Positions 6,877 to 12,420 of a stretch of 12,420 nt of DNA are shown here, piece by piece (positions within the stretch are counted from its first letter, which is position 1; each line of letters begins with the position of its first letter). The position numbers were made by a program, and so were the translations under genes. The notes below the pieces were generated by a model. It was not told the origin of the DNA. It did not search any database and saw nothing but the letters and a program-made list of their open reading frames with translations. The DNA comes from an uncultured Methanosarcinaceae archaeon (GTDB lineage: Archaea; Halobacteriota; Methanosarcinia; Methanosarcinales; Methanosarcinaceae). The stretch covers positions 1 through 12,420 of the forward strand of contig CAVRJG010000072.1 in NCBI GenBank assembly GCA_963721455.1, written 5' to 3'.

Positions 6877-7836
6877 TTGCAGCCGGTTTTTATCATCAGC
6901 GCCGCTCTGGCTGGCCTGTTGCTCGGTGGGACAACCTCCTTTGGAGATTTTTCAGTTAACCTCATTAAACCTTTTCTGATGGCGCTGCTTTTCATGGTCT
7001 TTTTATCCGTGGACTTGAAAAGAGTCAAAAATTCGTTTTTGAACCATAAATTTACTATCACATCCTTGCTGGTCAACTTTGTTTGGACGCCTGTCTTTGC
7101 GGTGCTACTGGGCACGGTGTTTTTAAGCGATTCGATTGACCTTCAAGTTGGTTTTCTCATGCTGATGGTAACGCCCTGCACCGATTGGTATTTGGTCTTT
7201 ACGGGCCTTTCAAAGGGAAATGTCCCCCTAGCAACGTCGATTTTGCCGCTGAACCTTATTTTGCAGGTAGTTCTGCTTCCGGTGTACCTCTTTATTTTTT
7301 ATGGCAGCAAGGTGGGAATGAATGGCGCGGACATCTTATGGAGCATCATCATTGTGCTGGTGATTCCGATGGCTTTTGCGCAACTGGTAAAGTTGTTGGC
7401 AAGTAAGGTCAAGCAAATACAGCGTATCTTGAAGGGGCTACTAAATCAAAGCGACGATTTACAGCTTATCTTTTTGTGCATTGCTATTATCGCCATGTTT
7501 GCGTCGGAAGGCAAGGCGCTGCTCGGTAATCCCATGTTGCTACTGCAAATGCTGTTGCCTCTGGCATGTTTCTATGTATTCATTTTCTTCCTTGTCTACT
7601 TCATTGGAGAGCGGCTGAAAATGAGTTTCTATGATACCATACCGCTCATCATGACAACACTGGCAAGGAACTCACCGTTGTCACTTGCGATTGCCGTTGC
7701 CGCTTTTCCCGATAGGCCATTGATCTCTCTTGCACTGGTGATTGGGCCATTGATTGAATTGCCGGTTCTGGGAATCGTGTCAAGTATCTTGTTGTGGATG
7801 GGTAAAAGCAAATCAATTCAGAATGAAGCGGCATAA
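6877..7836 (+). CDS. acr3: Acr3-family arsenite efflux transporter
   Basis: About 10 TM helices with Acr3/BART motifs 'LVNFVWTP', 'TPCTDWYLVFTG..KGN', 'ARNSPLSLAIA' and 'GPLIELPVL'. The ancestral start is probably at 6859 (ATA, after AGGAGTG). Confidence 0.9.
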   Translation: MQPVFIISAALAGLLLGGTTSFGDFSVNLIKPFLMALLFMVFLSVDLKRVKNSFLNHKFTITSLLVNFVWTPVFAVLLGTVFLSDSIDLQVGFLMLMVTPCTDWYLVFTGLSKGNVPLATSILPLNLILQVVLLPVYLFIFYGSKVGMNGADILWSIIIVLVIPMAFAQLVKLLASKVKQIQRILKGLLNQSDDLQLIFLCIAIIAMFASEGKALLGNPMLLLQMLLPLACFYVFIFFLVYFIGERLKMSFYDTIPLIMTTLARNSPLSLAIAVAAFPDRPLISLALVIGPLIELPVLGIVSSILLWMGKSKSIQNEAA

Positions 7837-7844
7837 AAGAAGAG

Positions 7845-8201
7845 TTGTTGTTTGCGTTATTCCTGATTGTCGGTCTTGGAGTGCTCATTGCGGGCATTGT
7901 CTATATGGTAAAGGAAAAAGGCGACCCTGATCCTCTGGCTCTCTTTTTCCTTTCTGCACTTTTTGAAATCGGAGGTGGATATCTGGTCTGGTTATGGTTA
8001 AGAGAAAATAAAGGGGCATTATTCGGGCTTCTTGGAGGATTAACATTAGCTGTTTATGGAATTGTTCAAACCTTCCAGCCCGCTCATTTTGGAAGAGTAT
8101 ATGCTGCATACGGAGGAATTTTTATTGTTTTCTCTCTAATATGGGGAGCACTTGTAGATAAGAAAAATCGGCAGTGTACTGAAAGTTCTGTAAAATCGTA
8201 A
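7845..8201 (+). pseudogene. ynfA: Chimeric ORF: unrelated small-membrane-protein N-terminus fused to a YnfA (SMR-like) body lacking its last TM helix
   Basis: 'SALFEIGGGYLVWLWLRE...FGRVYAAYGGIFIVFSLIWG..VDKK' is YnfA. The expected 'PD..D..GA' plus TM4 is replaced by MITE-derived 'RQCTESSVKS' from 8170. The first 29 or so codons are not YnfA-like. Confidence 0.78.
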
Positions 8202-8282
8202 ATCTCCAAAAGTCACTAAACCAAATGCAATACAGTACCAAAAAATCTGACTTTTAACTTACAGAAAATAAGACACAGTACC
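8170..8282. mobile_element. About 113-bp MITE (GGCAGTGT-type), degenerate TIRs
   Basis: Left end GGCAGTGTACTGAAAGTTCTGTAA and right end TTACAGAAAATAAGACACAGTACC. It is colinear with the 12287-12420 copy (shared AAATCTC.AAAAGTC and ACAGTAC..AAAA...TGACTT blocks) but about 20 bp shorter. No target duplication is seen. Confidence 0.75.
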
Positions 8283-8337
8283 CTTGGATCTTTTGCCTTT
8301 TATTCATTACTCATAGATTTACATGCTTATTTTGAAA

Positions 8338-8380
8338 TTTTTGCAACGGAACCTTAGAAAGGATTTTTTGCAACGGAACC
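8338..8380. repeat. Two stacked IS6-like termini; 8354-8380 is copy 1 of a 27-bp direct repeat
   Basis: TTTTTGCAACGGAACC (8338-8353) is immediately followed by TTAGAAAGGATTTTTTGCAACGGAACC (8354-8380). Confidence 0.8.
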
Positions 8381-8470
8381 GAGGAAAAGCATAAAAAAAT
8401 GTAATTTCCGTTTTTCAAAGTACTTCCCACCTTCTCTCAAAACATATTTCCGAAGGAACTTATCCCAAGG

Positions 8471-8908
8471 TCAGTACTGTTTACATTTGGTAGTATTATT
8501 TACACTTTCGTTTAATTTCGCTTCGAAATAACCGGCAGTTACTTCATCCTTATGTGCTGCGAAGGCAGCTAAGACTTCCTGTTTTTCTCGTTCGGGAACA
8601 TTGTAGTAGTCGAGTGATTCTTCGAGATCTGCTGCGACTGCATCGAACTCCTCGGGTGAGATCCGCAAGTCACGATGAGCATCTGCAAGGTTTTTGCCTG
8701 TATAGTTGAACGGCCCACCTGACACTGCAGCAACCCACAGAGTTCTCATAAATTTGAGGCCTGGCAATCTATTTAATTTATTGTTGTGCCAATCCCTCAG
8801 GGCAGGGTTTTTTGAATTTTGGCCAGCAATCGGATCGTTTACAATAGTATCGCTGAAACGATTCACTACCAGAGCGATGGCATAAATCCCACCAAGGCGT
8901 TCATACAA
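8471..8908 (-). CDS. Group I truncated (2/2) haemoglobin, probably 5'-truncated (frame open to 9025)
   Basis: 'SLYERLGG', 'GGP..YTG..L..AH..L.IS..EFDA' with proximal His F8, and 'VP..E..EVL' are all present. The TTG 'start' is the Leu of SLYERLGG. The frame continues upstream for 39 codons with no start codon until it reaches the MITE at 9026. Confidence 0.88.
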   Translation of the reverse strand: MYERLGGIYAIALVVNRFSDTIVNDPIAGQNSKNPALRDWHNNKLNRLPGLKFMRTLWVAAVSGGPFNYTGKNLADAHRDLRISPEEFDAVAADLEESLDYYNVPEREKQEVLAAFAAHKDEVTAGYFEAKLNESVNNTTKCKQY

Positions 8909-9025
8909 AGATTTGCCTTGTTTCCCCTCTTTCTTTACTTCCTTCTGAATCTCTTTCTCTTCCTTATATTTCTCGTTTCCTACTTTATCTTCCGAATCAT
9001 CAAGTTTTTCGCCATCAGCATATAC

Positions 9026-9174
9026 GGTTCTGTTGCAAAAATAATTTTTCTACCCTTTTGGGCTATAATAATTTCTTTTTGTATTATTATTGACCTGCTT
9101 ATGACATCTTAATATCCCAATTGTGATGTTTTTCACTGGTTTTATAAAATAGTCAGATTTTTTGCAACAGAACC
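9026..9174. mobile_element. 149-bp MITE with IS6-family-like TIRs
   Basis: Perfect 16-bp TIRs GGTTCTGTTGCAAAAA (9026-9041) and TTTTTGCAACAGAACC (9159-9174). The first 14 nt equal the IS257/IS431 terminus GGTTCTGTTGCAAA. The interior is AT-rich and non-coding, and no target duplication is seen. Confidence 0.82.
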
Positions 9175-9196
9175 CTTTTTATTTTCTATTGTATCA

Positions 9197-9223
9197 TTAG
9201 AAAGGATTTTTTGCAACGGAACC
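9197..9223. repeat. Copy 2 of the 27-bp direct repeat (IS6-like terminus)
   Basis: TTAGAAAGGATTTTTTGCAACGGAACC, identical to 8354-8380. Confidence 0.85.
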
Positions 9224-9455
9224 CTTTTTCGCTAATGAGTAAAACTATGATTAGCTTTTGCAGGGCGCTTATAGGAACAAAATTGTCCAATCCTATAATA
9301 AAAAATTAGCTCAGTTAGGAAACTATTTATAGACCGATTCCACAAATATTTCAATAAGTAAGTTATAAAATAATGACAAAGACCTATACTAACGACCAGA
9401 TTTAAGGAACTTCCTGTGGGCTGGCCAAGAAATGATCTAACTGAGGCTAAAAATC

Positions 9456-11693
9456 ATGACAACAATAAAATTCTCCCTGCTTAAAAAAATGAAATCTTTT
9501 CTGCTTATATTTACGGTCTTGATTTTGTGCCTGGCGGGCAGCCCGGGTTTTGCTGCAGGAAGTGTCGAAGATCCTGAAATGCCGCAGAACTGCACATCTT
9601 CTGCTGAATCCGTGGTTGAATCTACGATTGAAACAGCACCGATAAATCCCGACTTTCTGGAAGACTGGCAGCCTTACTCGATTGAACCTCTTTCTTTTGG
9701 AGATAGTTACGGACAGACTTCAGGCACAGGGTATAGACCCTCGCCTGTGAACCTGCCAGAACTTGCAAGCTCTGAAGGAAGACTTTTACTGAGAGCTTCA
9801 GGTTCAGACCTTCCGCCTGCTTATGATCTGCGCAAGGAAGGAAAAGTAACAGTTGCAAAGAATCAGGGAAAGGATGGAAGCTGCTGGGCCTTTGCAAGCA
9901 TGGCATCTCTTGAATCTTACCTTCTGGGAGCAGAAAGAAAAAGCTATGACTATTCCGAAAACAACATGAAGAACCTTGTCTCAAAGAACTATCCGGAAGG
10001 TTTCGATCTAACTTCGGATGACGGCGGGAACGCATTCATATCAACAGCATACCTTTCTCGCTGGAGCGGGCCTGTAAATGAATCCTTAGACCCTTATAAC
10101 GAGTTGTCCGCCTATTCACCCACAGGGCTTCCTGTACAGAAACATGTGCAGGAGGTATTTTTCCTCCCTGAAAAGACAGAGTTTCTGGATAACGAGGTTC
10201 TCAAAAGGGCACTTCTAGAATACGGGGCTGTATACTCTACACTGTACTGGAATCTGGCTTATTATCAGGAAAAAAGTCACACCTATCGATATACTGGGAA
10301 CCGGTTTGTCAATCACGCTGTAACCATTGTGGGCTGGAATGACTCTTTTGACAGGAATTTGTTTACGCAGGTTCCGCCCGGAGACGGGGCTTTTATAGCG
10401 AAGAATAGCTGGGGTGAAACTTGGGGTGAAGACGGGTACTTCTATATTTCATACTACGACACAAAAATCGGATTTGATGAAAATGCCGTATTCACAGCTG
10501 AAAGTCAGGATAATTATGACCATATCTACCAGTATGACCCTCTTGGATGGATAGTATCAAAAGAATATCCAGGAAGCTCGATTGCCTGGGGTGGTAATGT
10601 CTTTACATCTGAAAGGGATGAAACCCTCAGAGCTATAGGATTCTATACTACGGACCTTAATACGGCTTACGAGATATACGTCTACAAAAATCCGGTTTCC
10701 GGCCCTGTTAACTCGGGACAAGGATTCGTTGCAAAGGAAAACGGCCGATACTCCTTCCCAGGATACCATACACATGTGCTGAACTCGGGAGTACCCATAC
10801 GTGCAGGAGATAAATTCTCAGTAGTTATAAGATTCAGCAACCCTTCTGCTGAAGGTCCTCTTGCAGTCGAACAGCCTGTAGCCCTTTACAGCAGCAAGGC
10901 ACAGGCAAATCCCGGAGAAAGTTATGTGAGCCCGGACGGGGTCAAGTGGGAAGATATATCCAGCAACTCGGAAGCGAATCTCTGCATAAAAGCTTTCACA
11001 ACCAGCAATGAAATTCCTGAGGCTGACTTTTCCTCAAATATCACAGGCGGGGTTTATCCTCTTACGGTCCAGTTCACTGACCTCTCCAAAAATGCCTTTT
11101 CATGGGAATGGGACATGAACGGAGATGGAAATACAGACTCTACAGCCCGAAATCCAACCTATACCTACGGGTCTTACGGGAATTATGCAGTTTCTCTGAC
11201 TATCGAAAACAGTAACGGGTTTGACACCGAGACAAAACCCGGTTATATAACAGTGACACCTCTTTCAATTAACTCAGCCAGCCCCGGAGGAAATATTACA
11301 AGCTACAAAGGAAAGAAGCAGGAGTTTAGTGTTAGTACAAACTATGCCTGCAATGTAATCTGGTATCTTAATGGAGAAAGCATAATCTCTGAATCCCGCG
11401 TCCAGAAAAGCTCATATTCGGATAGCATCCGTTCTCCAGGCATTTATAACATTACAGCAATTGCCATAAACGGGGACGAAAAAGTTACACAGAGCTGGAA
11501 CTGGACAGTTCGCGCCTGGAACCCATGGGATAGCCCGGATTCTCAGGAAGGGGAAAACATAAGTACCGAAGAACTACAGGAGGCTATCCATATCTATCGC
11601 AATGGGCTACAAATCCCTGAAACCGGAGCAGAACTCACGGACGAAAGGCTCAAAGAACTTATACTGCTCTGGCGGGAAGGTTCAGGGGAGTGA
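9456..11693 (+). CDS. Secreted papain-family (C1A) cysteine protease with lectin-like, PKD and Ig-like domains and a C-terminal helical (dockerin-like) module
   Basis: Signal peptide ('MKSFLLIFTVLILCLAGSPGFAA') and propeptide, then 'LPPAYDLR', 'KNQGKDGSCWAF' (Gln, Cys), 'NHAVTIVGW' (His) and 'KNSWG' (Asn). Next are the 'YQYDPLGW...ANLCIKAFT' lectin-like domain, the PKD domain 'PLTVQFTDLS..A.SWEWD..GDG', an Ig-like segment and the 'WNPWD...ISTEELQEAI' tail. GAGG lies upstream of the ATG, with an alternative start at 9489. Confidence 0.93.
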   Translation: MTTIKFSLLKKMKSFLLIFTVLILCLAGSPGFAAGSVEDPEMPQNCTSSAESVVESTIETAPINPDFLEDWQPYSIEPLSFGDSYGQTSGTGYRPSPVNLPELASSEGRLLLRASGSDLPPAYDLRKEGKVTVAKNQGKDGSCWAFASMASLESYLLGAERKSYDYSENNMKNLVSKNYPEGFDLTSDDGGNAFISTAYLSRWSGPVNESLDPYNELSAYSPTGLPVQKHVQEVFFLPEKTEFLDNEVLKRALLEYGAVYSTLYWNLAYYQEKSHTYRYTGNRFVNHAVTIVGWNDSFDRNLFTQVPPGDGAFIAKNSWGETWGEDGYFYISYYDTKIGFDENAVFTAESQDNYDHIYQYDPLGWIVSKEYPGSSIAWGGNVFTSERDETLRAIGFYTTDLNTAYEIYVYKNPVSGPVNSGQGFVAKENGRYSFPGYHTHVLNSGVPIRAGDKFSVVIRFSNPSAEGPLAVEQPVALYSSKAQANPGESYVSPDGVKWEDISSNSEANLCIKAFTTSNEIPEADFSSNITGGVYPLTVQFTDLSKNAFSWEWDMNGDGNTDSTARNPTYTYGSYGNYAVSLTIENSNGFDTETKPGYITVTPLSINSASPGGNITSYKGKKQEFSVSTNYACNVIWYLNGESIISESRVQKSSYSDSIRSPGIYNITAIAINGDEKVTQSWNWTVRAWNPWDSPDSQEGENISTEELQEAIHIYRNGLQIPETGAELTDERLKELILLWREGSGE

Positions 11694-11818
11694 CAGCTCC
11701 CCCGATAAAAATATAGTAATCGCAGAAAATATTTACACTTTATAAATTTGATCCTTTGCTGAAAATGAAATTAAAAAGTGTACACTTCATTTGTTGACCA
11801 TATTTGGATGAAAAAGCG

Positions 11819-11898
11819 AACCACCGAAAGCACGGAAAACACAGAATAAAGGAAATGAGGGCACAGAGATTTCCGCGCTTTCCGCGTTTTCCGTGGTT
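11819..11898. repeat. Intergenic inverted repeat built from 9-bp tandem units
   Basis: Left arm AACCACCGAAAGCACGGAAAACACAGAA (11819-11846) and right arm TTCCGCGCTTTCCGCGTTTTCCGTGGTT (11871-11898) are 22/28 complementary. The unit is approximately C(A/G)CGGAAA(A/G), three times per arm. Confidence 0.8.
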
Positions 11899-12087
11899 AT
11901 AGAATCTTGATTGAGTTTTTCCCTGCCCGTCTGTGTTTTTCGTAGTTATAAAACCCATAGCGGCTTAAGTTTAAATATTTACATTTTAAACCATAATTGG
12001 TTTTTAAAAGTGTACTTAATTCGTAAGTTTACTATAGAAGGCAAAGGAAAGAAAATAAAGGGAAGAAAGAAAAACTGGGAAATAAAT

Positions 12088-12286
12088 TTAGCTTTCCCGG
12101 ATTGTGTCTCCTTTTTCCAGAACCTGTTCGATCCCCTCCCCGATTTTAACATTCATGAGAAAATCATCAACAGTTGCAAGAAGGAAGCCTATTTTCTCAG
12201 AATGAAACCGGACAGCAACGCTCTCATCACTGATTTCACTTTCCATACTTCGATTATTATCTGATACACGGGCTTGCAGGAGATTG
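12088..12286 (-). pseudogene. KEOPS Pcc1/Pcc2-like protein, C-terminal fragment (not in the ORF track)
   Basis: Manual translation gives ...VSDNNRSMESEISDESVAVRFHSEKIGFLLATVDDFLMNVKIGEGIEQVLEKGDTIRES* (TAA at 12090-12088). The 'DN...' and 'LLATVDDFLMN.KI.E' motifs resemble archaeal Pcc1-like (Pcc2) proteins from memory. Upstream the frame runs into the MITE and hits TGA at 12315-12313. The only upstream ATG is at 12246 (52 aa). Confidence 0.65.
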
Positions 12287-12420
12287 GGCAGTGTGCCGAT
12301 TTTGCTGTAAAATCATAAATCTCAAAAAGTCGGTAGTTTAAAAATTCCATATCGGAAGAACAAAATTACACACAGTACATAAAAACTTGACTTCGAATTT
12401 ACAGCAAATTTGCGACACTG
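12287..12420. mobile_element. MITE (GGCAGTGT-type), about 135 bp, running to the window edge
   Basis: Left end GGCAGTGTGCCGATTTTGCTGTAAA. The right end TTTACAGCAAATTTGCGACACTG has reverse complement CAGTGTCGCAAATTTGCTGTAAA. It is homologous along its length to 8170-8282. The parent IS family is not determined; ISH3-like is a guess. Confidence 0.8.

Noticed and set aside
6235-8109. ORFs 6235-6525, 6843-7115, 7185-7406, 7629-7811, 7649-7897 and 7885-8109
   Set aside because: They are antisense or out-of-frame overlaps of the wHTH, acr3 and ynfA genes.
9050-9052. Pyrrolysine read-through of the in-frame TAG upstream of the globin
   Set aside because: The TAG lies inside the MITE. The recognised genes here end in TAA or TGA, and none has an internal amber codon.
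8819-9112. 97-aa hydrophobic + strand ORF
   Set aside because: Its F/L-rich stretch is the antisense of the globin's K/E-rich linker, and it continues into the MITE.
8338-9223. TTTTGCAAC.GAACC repeats as a CRISPR array
   Set aside because: Spacing is irregular, one copy is inverted, there are no uniform spacers or cas genes, and the sequence matches IS6-type termini.
9324-9331. TATTTATA as the protease promoter TATA box
   Set aside because: It is plausible, but several equally good AT tracts lie in 9290-9372, so it cannot be assigned without TSS data.
9622-10775. Minus-strand ORFs 9622-10035 and 10557-10775
   Set aside because: They are antisense to the C1A protease.
11740-12264. ORFs 11740-11958 (-) and 11911-12264 (+)
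   Set aside because: The first reads through the inverted repeat. The second is mostly AT-rich intergenic DNA plus the antisense of the Pcc1-like fragment.

Overview
An accessory, mobile-element-scarred region, most likely from a Methanosarcina-type methanogenic archaeon. This is inferred from the protein families (PKD/lectin-like C1A protease, Pcc1-like fragment, small wHTH) and the repeat types, not from any database search. In order, it contains an apparently intact IS481-like insertion sequence (15-1247) centred on a 12-bp palindrome, a small hypothetical protein, a secreted transglutaminase-like/Ig protein, a 5'-truncated ParA with a ribbon-helix-helix partner, a short CDF cation transporter, a YdjM-type membrane hydrolase and a winged-helix protein. 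These are followed by an Acr3 arsenite exporter whose likely start codon reads ATA, a chimeric and truncated ynfA, an unusual group I truncated haemoglobin cut at its 5' end by a MITE and bracketed by identical 27-bp repeats, a large secreted papain-family protease, a 9-mer-unit inverted repeat, and a Pcc1/Pcc2-like fragment not in the ORF track. At least three unrelated MITE or IS-end families are present, and most gene truncations sit at their ends. No rRNA, tRNA or CRISPR array was seen.
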